64,000 nt of DNA, taken from a virus. The stretch is taken from positions 9,748 to 73,747 of IMG/VR virus record IMGVR_UViG_3300025425_000010; one strand, written 5' to 3'. Below the pieces are notes generated by a model. That model had not been told where the DNA came from, ran no database searches, and worked only from the letters and a program-made list of their open reading frames with translations. Shown here piece after piece: positions 49,135-59,542 of this stretch. A program made the position numbers and the translations under genes. The stretch's first letter is position 1. Every line of letters begins with the position of its first letter.

Positions 49135-49440
49135 TAAAATAAAAATAAAATGGAATTAAATCAAAATTATCCTTACATTTACAAAAACTAAAACAATAAA
49201 TATGAAAAATTTATTAATAGTACTAGCATTAACATCATTCACGTTCATAGGGTGTGAGGAAAGAGAGATGGGAACACCTAATCAGAATCAACAAAATTAT
49301 AGTATCACCCGGTGTTGATATCAATATCTAACATATATGAGTTCGTTCTTATATGCTCGTTCATCGAATAATTATAAGGGTAATAGTACGAACGCTAGTA
49401 GATTGAGAGCTATTGTGAATGATATTAAGATAATAGACGT

Positions 49441-49956
49441 TTAAATAATCTTGTCAAGTTTATTGTTTCTGCTTGATTTAAGGTCTATACATCCATCCCA
49501 CTCATTAACATTTTCTATTTTACTCATTAATATTTGTTTATCATTAACATAGTCTTTTATTTTCTCACTTATTAGTTTTTGGAAATCCGTATCGTCTGTA
49601 TATTTTGATGAGTTGCTAATAACTTTAGACGTAAATAATCCTATTTTAATGATACTAAACGTATATTTTGTGTAGACCATCCATAAATCATCACACGAAT
49701 CGCCTTTTATTTTCTTAAATCTATTTTTGAGAATTATGGCTTGTAAAAACAGGAAAGGTGTTCCGTAACCTTTGGGTCCAGCAGGTAAGATGGCAATACC
49801 AGTTAATATGAGAAATATTACAAGATATGATATAATACCTACAATTAACTGAGATGCTAATGGTATTTCTAGTTGAGCCATTAGATAACTAATCCATATT
49901 ATGTGTGTTAAATAGTATAGTAGGGATGTGAGCATATGTATGTTTAAATCTTTCAT
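49441..49956 (-). CDS. Membrane protein with C-terminal tag
   Basis: TM helices; ends RNNKLDKII. Confidence 0.6.
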   Translation of the reverse strand: MKDLNIHMLTSLLYYLTHIIWISYLMAQLEIPLASQLIVGIISYLVIFLILTGIAILPAGPKGYGTPFLFLQAIILKNRFKKIKGDSCDDLWMVYTKYTFSIIKIGLFTSKVISNSSKYTDDTDFQKLISEKIKDYVNDKQILMSKIENVNEWDGCIDLKSSRNNKLDKII

Positions 49957-50013
49957 CTTGTAAATATAGTGGAAAATTTCAAAATATAGTAATTTATTTT
50001 CAATATATAGTAT

Positions 50014-50598
50014 ATGGATATTTTAAAATATAGTGAATTTATTACTGAGAATTACCAAGACTCACCAGAAGAGTATATAAAAAATGCTCTTGTTAAAATC
50101 CAGAAACGGGTCGAAGGTCTTTTTGCCGAGCAAGAGGATGATGGTACCGAAGATGGTGATGAAGAGAATGATGAGGAAGTAATGACTATTGGTCAGGCAA
50201 TGAAAAAAGGTGAGGAGAAAGAAAAAAAGAATTCCAAAATGTCATTAACTGATATGGGTCTTCGGTTAGAGTCTTCGGAATCTAGTAATTATTCTGCTAT
50301 TTTAGATAATGTTAGTATGAAATTCTCTGATGAGGATGGATGGTATAGTCTGTTCATAGGTATCTCACTCGAAGAAGCAAAGCCAGAAGATAGTGAGAAA
50401 GATTTCTCTGATGAAGATATAAAGGAATGTTCGGTTAAATTTAAGAAGTATAATCTCGATGATAATCTTGTTGGTGTAATTGGACCAAGAACTGTTAAAT
50501 GTGATGATGTGAATGAGGAAATGCTTGTAAATCTAAAAATTGAATTGGATGAAGATTCTGGTGGTGAGAATGAAGGCATAGGAATAGAGACTGAGTAA
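50014..50598 (+). CDS. Acidic leader-bearing protein
   Basis: MDILKYSEFITE leader; AATATATAG upstream. Confidence 0.65.
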   Translation: MDILKYSEFITENYQDSPEEYIKNALVKIQKRVEGLFAEQEDDGTEDGDEENDEEVMTIGQAMKKGEEKEKKNSKMSLTDMGLRLESSESSNYSAILDNVSMKFSDEDGWYSLFIGISLEEAKPEDSEKDFSDEDIKECSVKFKKYNLDDNLVGVIGPRTVKCDDVNEEMLVNLKIELDEDSGGENEGIGIETE

Positions 50599-50615
50599 CG
50601 ATACATATATATTAC

Positions 50616-51107
50616 ATGAGTTATAATGTAGTGACAAATACTAAGGTAATGAGAGACTTCAAAAAGAGTCCAAATTTCAGAACCAATCTTGGTCTTGTAA
50701 ATACTGTTGAGAAAAATGGTGATCGGGTTTATAATGAACGAGATAAATTCTCTTATTTCTACAATACTAGATATTCGACAACTACATTCGGTCAGGGTAA
50801 TGTTGGTGATATAATGTTTTATGTTGACCATTATATCAAAAAGGATCAAATCGCCATTTATAAAAACTCAGAAGAATTCATATTTGATTACAATCCTGTG
50901 ATTGTTATGGAAAAGGGTATTAATTTTTATTTAGGACATCTATTGAAAGAGATAGAAACTAAATTAGATAAGAAATCAATTAAGGATGAGGAAGAAAGGT
51001 TGGAAAAACTTAAAGATAAAACTGACGCTGGTAAATTGACTATGAATCCGGGCCAAGTCAAGTATGCTGACTTAGAAGCATATATAAAAGAGAAAAGAAA
51101 TTTATAA
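50616..51107 (+). CDS. Hypothetical protein
   Basis: ORF. Confidence 0.6.
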   Translation: MSYNVVTNTKVMRDFKKSPNFRTNLGLVNTVEKNGDRVYNERDKFSYFYNTRYSTTTFGQGNVGDIMFYVDHYIKKDQIAIYKNSEEFIFDYNPVIVMEKGINFYLGHLLKEIETKLDKKSIKDEEERLEKLKDKTDAGKLTMNPGQVKYADLEAYIKEKRNL

Positions 51108-51143
51108 GTAGTATTCTACTCGGTTACCTTAAAAGGTTCCATT

Positions 51144-51395
51144 TCATATAACTAACATTCTTAGTAGGTGGTTGTGTAATTCTTCTTTAACATCGTCTTC
51201 CAGGGAATCTAAATCATACTCTATATTTAGAGTTCTTTCGAAGGTATGTAAGTATACCTCATCAACATCTCTATCCCACTCAATTGAATCAAATCTATAT
51301 TCTCCTATTTGTACCTCAATGACAACTTCATCGAAAGTTATTCCTAACATAAGGACGAGAGCTTTTATTTTGGTTTTTAAGTTAGTTTTTTCCAT
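51144..51395 (-). CDS. Hypothetical protein
   Basis: ORF. Confidence 0.5.
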   Translation of the reverse strand: MEKTNLKTKIKALVLMLGITFDEVVIEVQIGEYRFDSIEWDRDVDEVYLHTFERTLNIEYDLDSLEDDVKEELHNHLLRMLVI

Positions 51396-51513
51396 AATTA
51401 AGATAAAGTCCTTATATTTGTATATATTATATAAATGAAGTCAAATTTAAACATATCTAATCATACGTATAACTTTTACTTTATAGAAATTGTATGTACT
51501 AAATAACCAATAA

Positions 51514-52437
51514 TTAAACGGCACCAATACCACCACATTTCATTCTATTCAATTTGTCCCATCCATTTGAGATGTAAGATTCAAGTATTTTACCTTCTAG
51601 TATAGAGGCATCATGAACATCTATATAATTTGTTAGTTTTTTGAAGGTGGGTAATTTACCAATTTTCTCAATATGTTTATAGACAGCACTTTTTTTAATA
51701 TTTTTTGAGTGAGTGTGTTCTTTTATACGCATTTCATAATTATATGTTAATCCGATATAAACATAATTATCATCAAATTCCGCGGAATATATACACCTTA
51801 GATGTCTATTACCTCTTTTTATCATATGTGAGCATATATCATCTATCCAATTATTTTTAACACTACACCTAAATATACTACCAGAATTATCTCTAAACTC
51901 AGTTCGGTTTTTGTATCTCAAAGCTTCTTCTACACATACTTCCTTTGTGTAATTATAATATCTACTTGGTAAGTAATTCAGAAAATCCCAATTATTTTTG
52001 ATACTCACCGCATATGCTGTTGGAGAACTATTTTTAAAATCTATCCTTTTCACATACTTCTCAGCTTCCTCTTTACATTTTTCATATGTCCAATATCCAA
52101 GATGTTTCGTATGTCGTCTATTCATATGAGATGTTAATTCAGTATACCAACCATGTTTTTTAGAAGCATTATGTGCTGAAATGGAATCATTTCTGAAACT
52201 TACTAAATTCGAATATTTAGAAGCCTCCTCTTTACATTTTTCATATGTCCAGTACCCATAACTTTTAATATTATTGGAATTAATTATCATATGTGAGCAG
52301 ATTTCGGAGAACCAATTATTATTCCGAGAACTATTGTATGCTCCTTTACCTAGTTTCTGAAACTCTGTTTTACTTTTATATTTCAAAGCTTCTTCTTTAC
52401 ATTTTTCATGTGTCCAGTACCCTTTACATTTCCTCAT
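51514..52437 (-). CDS. GIY-YIG homing endonuclease with N-terminal YWTxEKCKEEA repeats
   Basis: Four repeats plus CIY...YVYIGLT...RIKEH; start reassigned to MRKCKG. Confidence 0.8.
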   Translation of the reverse strand: MRKCKGYWTHEKCKEEALKYKSKTEFQKLGKGAYNSSRNNNWFSEICSHMIINSNNIKSYGYWTYEKCKEEASKYSNLVSFRNDSISAHNASKKHGWYTELTSHMNRRHTKHLGYWTYEKCKEEAEKYVKRIDFKNSSPTAYAVSIKNNWDFLNYLPSRYYNYTKEVCVEEALRYKNRTEFRDNSGSIFRCSVKNNWIDDICSHMIKRGNRHLRCIYSAEFDDNYVYIGLTYNYEMRIKEHTHSKNIKKSAVYKHIEKIGKLPTFKKLTNYIDVHDASILEGKILESYISNGWDKLNRMKCGGIGAV

Positions 52438-52513
52438 ATGATATATATTGAATTTCAAATACATATTTTTGATAAGTGTTATTAATAACCCATCTTCTTT
52501 ATATTTTAAAAAA

Positions 52514-52544
52514 TTTGGTATTGTGTGTGAAATACATATCTTTG
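52514..52544 (+). promoter_or_regulatory. Bacteroidota-type promoter (TTTG-N19-TATCTTTG); near-leaderless transcript
   Basis: Consensus match ending 4 nt before the ATG at 52549. Confidence 0.75.
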
Positions 52545-52548
52545 TAGT

Positions 52549-53697
52549 ATGTTTAGATTGAGAATTCCTACATATGATGATGCTAAAAATATAGTCAGTG
52601 AAAAGGGTAATACTATTTTTTACGAAATTAAACACAAGATAAATGGTGTTAATTTATCAGTATTTAATTATAGATATCCATCATACACTGATTTTTTAGA
52701 TAATGATGTGGATTTCCGAGAAATGAGGGGGCTTACCTTTGTTTTTAATGATGATGGGTCGTATAAAAGGTACGTATTGTTGAAAAAGTTCTGGAACATA
52801 AATCAAGTCCCGGAGTCAATGTATGATATGGTTAAGGATTATAAACTACTATCATCATATAATAAAGAGGATGGTTCTGTTATATCTTTTATAAAAATAA
52901 ATGAGGAGATTATACCAAAGTCAAAAATGGGATTTGATAATGATCAAGTAATAAAATCAGGTATTGTGTATAATTCGAATAGAAATATCAAACAATTTGT
53001 GGAATATTGCTTCGATAATGATATTGTATCTATCTGGGAATATGTTTCGTTTAAAAATAAAATAGTACTTGATTATGATAAAGATAACTTGATATTATTG
53101 AGATTGAGGGATAATAAAACCGGTGATTATATAGATATAGAGGAATATCGAAATATGGGGTTTGATGTCGCTGAACAAGACAATATCACTATTGAAGATG
53201 CTATGTTAACATTTCCAAACATTGTTGATAAAGAGGGTACAGTTTTTACTTTACAATCTCCTAATGGTGAAAAGGTAATGGTGAAGAAGAAAACTGATTG
53301 GTATTTACTAAGGCATAATTTATTAACAAATGATATTAACAAAGAGAACTATGTTATACACTCTATTTTAGACAACACCATTGATGATATAATATCTCAG
53401 TTAGAAACAACCGATATTACTAAAAGAGAATTTATAGAAGATATACAAAATATTGTTAATTTCAAAATATCTATGACGGTGCGTGAAGTGAAAGAATTTC
53501 TCAAAAAATACGAGGGTGATAAGAAGTCGTTTTCCTTAGAATATGGAAAGCATCCATTATTTCACTTTGCTATTGGTTATGTTAATGGTATCGACCTTTT
53601 TGAGATGGTAACACTTTTCTTTTCTAAGAAGACAAGTAAATTACACAATGCTCAGAAATGGTTAGAAAAATCAAGAGATGAATATGAGAAAAGCTAA
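52549..53697 (+). CDS. RNA ligase 1 (T4 Rnl1-like)
   Basis: EMRGL, KKFWN, KEDGS motif I, EYVS..N.IV, EG.V, VKKK. Confidence 0.88.
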   Translation: MFRLRIPTYDDAKNIVSEKGNTIFYEIKHKINGVNLSVFNYRYPSYTDFLDNDVDFREMRGLTFVFNDDGSYKRYVLLKKFWNINQVPESMYDMVKDYKLLSSYNKEDGSVISFIKINEEIIPKSKMGFDNDQVIKSGIVYNSNRNIKQFVEYCFDNDIVSIWEYVSFKNKIVLDYDKDNLILLRLRDNKTGDYIDIEEYRNMGFDVAEQDNITIEDAMLTFPNIVDKEGTVFTLQSPNGEKVMVKKKTDWYLLRHNLLTNDINKENYVIHSILDNTIDDIISQLETTDITKREFIEDIQNIVNFKISMTVREVKEFLKKYEGDKKSFSLEYGKHPLFHFAIGYVNGIDLFEMVTLFFSKKTSKLHNAQKWLEKSRDEYEKS

Positions 53698-54031
53698 TTT
53701 CAATTTGATAACTTCCGAAACCTGTAAAGATTGTAGGAATTTCATTTGGTATAAATCCAATCGGGATTTCAATGTACCATATAATCATTTTGAGGAAGGT
53801 AGAATTAACAGTGGGATAGTTGAAATAGTTTGTGGTGATGTGTTTGGTATGGCTCAAATGGATTTCCAAATATACTCATCTGTTGTGGAATGTTCAGAAG
53901 TGATGTTATTCAATGATAAGTTATCACCTGTATTTTTATCGAGGGATCTTCTTGAATTAAATAGTAGTCATTTTACAGATATTACTAAAGTGTATCTACG
54001 TAACCATAAGTTAGACCAGTTGTTGAGGTAA
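53684..54031 (+). CDS. Hypothetical protein with C-terminal tag
   Basis: Ends RNHKLDQLLR. Confidence 0.55.
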   Translation: MRKANFNLITSETCKDCRNFIWYKSNRDFNVPYNHFEEGRINSGIVEIVCGDVFGMAQMDFQIYSSVVECSEVMLFNDKLSPVFLSRDLLELNSSHFTDITKVYLRNHKLDQLLR

Positions 54032-54059
54032 TCCGTAGTGTCCTATTAATATATAGGAT

Positions 54060-54965
54060 ATGTACTTAGTTAAATATGATGAATTTTTATTAGAAACCTA
54101 TCAGAATGAATTTAATATGATAAATGAATCTAAAATTGACTTACGTAGTAAATTTATTAAGCTATTGAAATTATCTTTGTCTAAGAGTTATAAATATCGT
54201 AGGAAAATACTTGTGTATGGTGTTGCCTCTCTCATTGCTGTTTCCGGTGTTTCCGTTGTATCGTCTTTATTTGCTAATGATAGTGATGTTAAGAGATTGG
54301 CCGATGATGCAGGTGTAACCGAAGTTATAGGTCAGGAAATCGAGAAGATGGAAAAGATACCGGTTATAAATACAGGACCAATCGAAACGGATTCAATTGA
54401 AATGCCTAAGGTTAAGAAAAAAGTTATTAGTGGTGATAGATCATGGGTAATGAGTAAATCTCCGAGTAATATGAGACTTTCACAGAAGGGATGGGACTAT
54501 ATCCGCCACGAAGAAGGTTCTACTAAAAGAAAGGGACAACCAGTTTTGAAAGCTTATAGTATAGGTGATGGTATGATAACTGTTGGTTGGGGTCATGCTG
54601 AAAAGGTTGAGAAATCAAAATTCGAGGTCGGTGATGTTATTACAATGGATCAAGCACAAGATTTCTTGAAGAAAGACCTTACTGTTGCTGCCGATGGAGT
54701 TAGGCGTATATTGAAGAGATGGGAGGATGAGTATATTGATGTGTATCTATCACAGGATCAATTTGATGTACTTGTATCATTAGCTTATAATTCTGGTGTG
54801 GGTGCGTTAAATCGTAGTTCGGTTATGAGGCAAGTTAAAAGAGGAAATATCGAGAAAGCTGGTAAGAAATTGAAATCTTGGAGAGTTAATAAGAAATTTC
54901 CTGGATTACAGACTAGGAGAAATTTAGAATATAAACAGTTTATGTCATATCAGACATTTTCTTAA
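54060..54965 (+). CDS. GH24 lysozyme with N-terminal leader and hydrophobic segment
   Basis: HEEG..AY..GDG..TVGWGH, QFDVLVSLAYNSG, GLQTRR; leader MYLVKYDEFLLE...MINES. Confidence 0.88.
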   Translation: MYLVKYDEFLLETYQNEFNMINESKIDLRSKFIKLLKLSLSKSYKYRRKILVYGVASLIAVSGVSVVSSLFANDSDVKRLADDAGVTEVIGQEIEKMEKIPVINTGPIETDSIEMPKVKKKVISGDRSWVMSKSPSNMRLSQKGWDYIRHEEGSTKRKGQPVLKAYSIGDGMITVGWGHAEKVEKSKFEVGDVITMDQAQDFLKKDLTVAADGVRRILKRWEDEYIDVYLSQDQFDVLVSLAYNSGVGALNRSSVMRQVKRGNIEKAGKKLKSWRVNKKFPGLQTRRNLEYKQFMSYQTFS

Positions 54966-55008
54966 TATATAAATTTGGTAAATTAAACTTTTGTTGTATC
55001 TTTACAGT

Positions 55009-55296
55009 ATGAAAATACTAAAAACAAAACAAGAGAAGAAAGTAGAGTCTATTGAGAAATCAGGCGACTCCTTTAAAATAATCTGTGATAAGGTTGGAGA
55101 ATTTGGAAAACTGACCATAGAATTTGATCGTTCCGACTTCAAGAAAAACATGTCAACCACTTTTGGATTCGGTTTCCAAGATATGAAACGAGAACATCGT
55201 TTGACTATCACTGAATGTATCAAGAAATATGATGTGAAATTTGCACCGATTTTTGGTGGTAGTTTAGGACTTGAAGTGACGATTACTAAAAAGTGA
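55009..55296 (+). CDS. Hypothetical protein
   Basis: ORF behind TTTG-N19-TATCTTTA. Confidence 0.55.
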   Translation: MKILKTKQEKKVESIEKSGDSFKIICDKVGEFGKLTIEFDRSDFKKNMSTTFGFGFQDMKREHRLTITECIKKYDVKFAPIFGGSLGLEVTITKK

Positions 55297-55559
55297 GAGA
55301 ACTTTTCGCTTTAACTATATTAAGGTTTATTAATCTTGGATTCCGGACATCGGCTAATGGTCGAAATCCGGAATTCAAATCTTTACAGAATTCTAAGGGT
55401 CATACGATTTATGTCGGACAAGAGTTAGATTGTGTTAGTGTATCAGCAAATAAGGTATCACGTAGATGTGTGAAACAATCAATTACCGATATCAGTCAAT
55501 TGAAGGATGTAGTCGATATATTGAAGACAAAACTTAAATGTGACGATTTAGAAACTTAA
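55293..55559 (+). CDS. Hypothetical protein
   Basis: ORF, translationally coupled. Confidence 0.45.
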   Translation: MRELFALTILRFINLGFRTSANGRNPEFKSLQNSKGHTIYVGQELDCVSVSANKVSRRCVKQSITDISQLKDVVDILKTKLKCDDLET

Positions 55560-55694
55560 ATATGAAAATACTTGGAAAATATAAAGATTACTACGATTAC
55601 CTACAGGGTATATATGATGTTGATCCATTATTAGTTCTTGATAGAAGGTAATAAATGTAAATTATAATAAATCTGCCTAAATTTGATAGTTTTA

Positions 55695-55725
55695 TTTGTT
55701 TATTGAATAAACTTTACTATCTTTG
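55695..55725 (+). promoter_or_regulatory. Bacteroidota-type promoter (TTTG-N19-TATCTTTG) upstream of the tRNA-like gene
   Basis: Consensus match. Confidence 0.75.
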
Positions 55726-55743
55726 AAGTGTATAATGAAATAA

Positions 55744-55826
55744 GCTCCTTGATGATTTGAAGTGGAAGTGGTGAAGCGTCTGGGTCCTAACCCAGTTATC
55801 ACGAGGTTCGAACCCTCCTGGGAGCA
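55744..55826 (+). tRNA. Atypical tRNA-like gene; anticodon loop TCCTAA (contains CTA); no encoded CCA
   Basis: Acceptor GCTCCT/GGGAGC, anticodon stem CTGGG/CCCAG, T-arm GAGG-TTCGAAC-CCTC. The D region is enlarged and the loop is 6 nt. Confidence 0.65.
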
Positions 55827-55873
55827 CAGTAAGAATGAAAGTTAATATATAAACCAGTAAAAAACAATACATT

Positions 55874-56254
55874 ATGAAAAACACATAGATTGATTCCAAA
55901 TTTAAAGAAACAAAACTAGTCACGATTACCCGTACTGACTTTGAAAACTTCGGATACACTGTTCCACAGACAGGCCATTCCTTGGCTGACTTTGCTTATG
56001 AATTCCCTGAGGAGTTTAGGCACTGGAAAGAAACATCCAACTCTATTATATGCTTGGGTTGTAAGTCTGAACCAGAACTACTAAAACTTTACGAGAAATT
56101 ATCACAACTGACGAATACGGTCAAATTCTACGAACCTGACGTTGATGAGTGGACATCTATTTGCCTTATGGGTACTACCGAAGTACGTAAGAAACTGTCA
56201 CATCTTCCTTTATTAAAACCAAAAAACTTCAAGAGATATGAAAGAATTGATTGA
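55874..56254 (+). CDS. Peptidyl-tRNA hydrolase 2-like protein with in-frame TAG at codon 5
   Basis: MKNT*IDSKFKETKLVTITRTD...QTGHS...W..SNSIICL..FYEPD..TSIC..LPLL. The conserved N-terminal strand and Q..H lie upstream of the ORF-track TTG start. Confidence 0.7.
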
Positions 56255-56675
56255 GAATAGAAGACAGAACCTTATCAAGATGGGTAAAATTAAGAATGAT
56301 GTTGCATCATCTACTGATCGGATTAGAAAGATATTGATACCGATAACAAATACGATGAGAGATATTGAACGTGATATGGTATCTAAATTCAATAGTAGCC
56401 GAATAAGTTGTGGAGAACCATTATATCCGGTACGAACTTTATTTGACATCGATAGGATATCCGTTAGTGGTAATTTGATAAAAATAAAGGTATCAGATTA
56501 TCATTGTGGTTCGTTAGATAGATATACCATAAAAGTCCCATTGAAATATTTGGATATGTCATATGGTGAATTGGTATTATCACACACTGAATGGGTGGAA
56601 CGGGAATTTGAACGAAGGGTGAATATTTATAAAGGTCTGAAACGAAATAAGAAAATTAAAAAAATATTAAACTGA
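56238..56675 (+). CDS. Hypothetical protein with C-terminal tag
   Basis: Ends RNKKIKKILN. Confidence 0.6.
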   Translation: MKELIENRRQNLIKMGKIKNDVASSTDRIRKILIPITNTMRDIERDMVSKFNSSRISCGEPLYPVRTLFDIDRISVSGNLIKIKVSDYHCGSLDRYTIKVPLKYLDMSYGELVLSHTEWVEREFERRVNIYKGLKRNKKIKKILN

Positions 56676-56688
56676 TAAAAACAACAAA

Positions 56689-56937
56689 ATGGAAAAAATC
56701 GAACTGTTGAATCGTAAATTGGAATTGGCTACTCAAAAAATGAAAATAGCCCAGAACTGGAATTATAAAAACTACGTATCTGATGAAGCAGCATTGGAAG
56801 CATTGGTTCAGTTAAGGAATTCTGGGTCTAGGCTTCATAGTGATGAATTTAGATTGGTTCCAGTGTATGTCTTACCAAAATCAGAAATAAGAAAAATAAC
56901 AATAAGTAAAATAATAAAAAAAGAAGAAAAATTATGA
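56689..56937 (+). CDS. Hypothetical protein with tag-like C-terminus
   Basis: RKITISKII. Confidence 0.5.
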   Translation: MEKIELLNRKLELATQKMKIAQNWNYKNYVSDEAALEALVQLRNSGSRLHSDEFRLVPVYVLPKSEIRKITISKIIKKEEKL

Positions 56938-57296
56938 AAACAAAAGAATTAATTAAAATGTTACAAGAAGCCGATCCTGGTGGAGAAACACACGTTCGTA
57001 TGAATGGTGGTATTCCGAAGTACGCTCACCTTTTACCAGGTTATTATGATGGGTCATATGACTATTTAGATGATGATGGTAATTGGGTCAGTTCGACTGA
57101 AGGAGTTAAACTAGACATCTATACAATGGATATATGGGATTTTGTGGAACAACACGAAGACCTTGATTGGGAAGTTGTTAAATCAAAATTTAAATTTGAG
57201 ATGGGTAATATGGAAGACAATTGTCGAGTTGAATCACTATTGAGTCGAGCCAAAGATGCTTATGATGAAATGAAGCGTATAGATGAAGAAATATAA
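56934..57296 (+). CDS. Hypothetical protein
   Basis: MKTKELIKMLQEADP start; PGYYDG. Confidence 0.6.
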   Translation: MKTKELIKMLQEADPGGETHVRMNGGIPKYAHLLPGYYDGSYDYLDDDGNWVSSTEGVKLDIYTMDIWDFVEQHEDLDWEVVKSKFKFEMGNMEDNCRVESLLSRAKDAYDEMKRIDEEI

Positions 57297-57318
57297 AACA
57301 AAAATTAAAACAAAAATT

Positions 57319-57645
57319 ATGAAAAATTTTACAAAAGAAGTACAGGATTATTTAGAAAAAGTAAGTCGCCACACCTACCAAAGTGGAGATAGATACATGA
57401 AACTCATTATTGGTGATGATGTGTATAAGGTAATTGAATGGTCGAAACGACTTGATAAATATGTCATTCGAGAAATAAATGTTGCTCAGAATATCAAATG
57501 GTATGGTGAAAACGCTAAGTGTGTTACCTCACATGACTCATTCTTGAATAAGCCAAGTATGTATGGTGATAAATACTCCGGTATTCGTCAGACTAAATAT
57601 GTTAAAAGTGAAATTGCTGATATTATGAAAGAATTGGATTTGTAA
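57319..57645 (+). CDS. Hypothetical protein
   Basis: ORF. Confidence 0.55.
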   Translation: MKNFTKEVQDYLEKVSRHTYQSGDRYMKLIIGDDVYKVIEWSKRLDKYVIREINVAQNIKWYGENAKCVTSHDSFLNKPSMYGDKYSGIRQTKYVKSEIADIMKELDL

Positions 57646-57667
57646 TAGTTCGATTATTTCACTATAT

Positions 57668-57970
57668 TTGTTAAATGATGGTTTGATATACTTCATAATT
57701 ATTTTGTTGAGTTTGTTGGTTTTGTCAGCTCTAATATCATTCACGATTTTCATAAAACGTGCTCATGAGAGTATGTTGGTAAAGCATCAGGCAATTGATA
57801 AATGGGAATCTTTTGTGGAGGAGCATATAGGTTATACAGACTCGATAACTAATTTATCTGATAAACTTAAATACTTAGAGCGTTTAAGTAGTGTGTATTT
57901 CCCAGTAGGTGATATGGATTCGTTTGTAGAATATTGTGATAAACTCGATGTTATACGTCAAGAAATATGA
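57668..57970 (+). CDS. Membrane-anchored hypothetical protein
   Basis: N-terminal TM; promoter TTTG-N20-TATATTTG at 57639-57670 overlaps the listed start, so the true start may lie slightly downstream. Confidence 0.5.
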   Translation: MLNDGLIYFIIILLSLLVLSALISFTIFIKRAHESMLVKHQAIDKWESFVEEHIGYTDSITNLSDKLKYLERLSSVYFPVGDMDSFVEYCDKLDVIRQEI

Positions 57971-58050
57971 TGATTATCACAATATAGTTCCTGAGATGAG
58001 TAAGAATAGTAGATATAGGAAGATATTCGGTCTGTTGGAAAGTGGTGATG

Positions 58051-58590
58051 TTAAGAATCCTTGATGTCTAATTTTACTTTCTCACCATTAACCTTAGAAT
58101 AGATTATCTCTTTGGGAGTAACTTCTACCTCGACACCTTTTAGTAACTCAATATATTTATCACATTTATCAGTTTTTAGATAGGCTATGGTGAGGTGTGG
58201 TTTGTAGTCTGGGAAATTACTGGTGTGTGGTAGTTCTTTCAAACTCTTGTTGGTTTCATGTAACCATTCGGCTTCGGCTTCAAATTTGAGTACTGAATAT
58301 CCATCACTATCGAAACACGATGCATTTTTGAGTTTTATTGATGTGTATTCTTTTACTTTGGATTTATCCATCACATCATCATCCTTTACATCATCGTGTA
58401 GTCCGAATAGTAGTGTTACGTGTGGTTCATCCTCTAATCCGAATGAATCATCCTCTGGATCTTCATAGATATCATCCTCATCAATTGAGTTGTGTATCAT
58501 CTCTATAAACGGTAGTTCGAAATGTACCATAGAACATCCAAATTCATTCTTTCTACCCTCATTTATCATACTTGTGAATTTCTTTATCAT
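58051..58590 (-). CDS. 2H phosphoesterase (Acb1/gp57B-like) with leader
   Basis: PHVTL and PHLTI motifs; leader MIKKFTSMINE. Confidence 0.8.
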   Translation of the reverse strand: MIKKFTSMINEGRKNEFGCSMVHFELPFIEMIHNSIDEDDIYEDPEDDSFGLEDEPHVTLLFGLHDDVKDDDVMDKSKVKEYTSIKLKNASCFDSDGYSVLKFEAEAEWLHETNKSLKELPHTSNFPDYKPHLTIAYLKTDKCDKYIELLKGVEVEVTPKEIIYSKVNGEKVKLDIKDS

Positions 58591-58604
58591 TTCGGTTATT
58601 ATAT

Positions 58605-59516
58605 TTATTGTGTGTTGTTTTCTTGTCGGGCTACTACCATTTCTACGAATTGTTTAAATTGAACTTCTTCGATTCCTATAAACTCACCATCGGACCATAT
58701 TTCTCTATTGGATTGTTCCATAGTTTCTTGTGTTATTAATCGGTACCCAAGTTTATCAAAGTCTAATGTTTCTGATAGAAATTGGAATAGTGGTTTATCA
58801 CTATGATTATTTATCCATTCCTCAATGAGTTCATATTTAACATCCTCACTCTTATATTCAAAATGATTACGACTCCGATTCATTCTTGGTATTTGGTAAT
58901 TTAAAATTATATCTTCTTTGGGTATGTTATCAATTGCAGTACATAATTTCTTAATATTCTCTGGTCGAACCCCACCTTTTATGTATCGTGCCCCATTATC
59001 ACGAGCCGTTATCAGGTTTGTGTCATTTATTTGTGTTACGAATATATTGTCTAATTCATCATCCAAATCACCCATATTCATTGGATGTCGTCCATCACTT
59101 GGTACGTTGGGTAACAGTGTATTCCACATATCATTCTCTGGACACTCGGCTATCTTAGTCCCATTGAAGGGTATCATAATGTAACAATCACCAAAAGTGC
59201 TTGCGTCTTCATTAGAAGTACTCATTATAAAAGAACGATCTCTACTCGGTGCCTTCTCCCACGATGTTAGGTGTGTTATTAAACTATTATAGATATTGGA
59301 ATTGTTGGCACTATATCTCCTTTCGTGTGATTCTGACCCAGCGTGAGCATGAAAAATATGACCTGATGTATAAGTTCCCCTAAATAACATTTTAGAATCT
59401 TCCGAAATCCCCCAGTCCCGACAACTTGATAAATACATATCCACGGCCTCATCCATACTTATCTCGTTGGATCGGCTTTCCTTTCTATATTCCTCAAATA
59501 ATCTTATAAACTTCAT
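58605..59516 (-). CDS. Leader-bearing protein, possible ADP-ribosyltransferase fold
   Basis: Start reassigned to MKFIRLFEEY; LFRG, MSTS..A.TFG and REIW motifs. Confidence 0.45.
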   Translation of the reverse strand: MKFIRLFEEYRKESRSNEISMDEAVDMYLSSCRDWGISEDSKMLFRGTYTSGHIFHAHAGSESHERRYSANNSNIYNSLITHLTSWEKAPSRDRSFIMSTSNEDASTFGDCYIMIPFNGTKIAECPENDMWNTLLPNVPSDGRHPMNMGDLDDELDNIFVTQINDTNLITARDNGARYIKGGVRPENIKKLCTAIDNIPKEDIILNYQIPRMNRSRNHFEYKSEDVKYELIEEWINNHSDKPLFQFLSETLDFDKLGYRLITQETMEQSNREIWSDGEFIGIEEVQFKQFVEMVVARQENNTQ

Positions 59517-59542
59517 CGTACCTACTATATATAAATAATAGT

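Noticed and set aside
55562-55651. 29-aa ORF MKILGKYKDYYDYLQGIYDVDPLLVLDRR
   Set aside because: Looks like a truncated gene start; too short to assign.
55717-55959. Minus-strand 80-aa ORF
   Set aside because: It is antisense to the tRNA-like gene and the PTH2 5' end; GFEP is the typical translation of an antisense T-loop.
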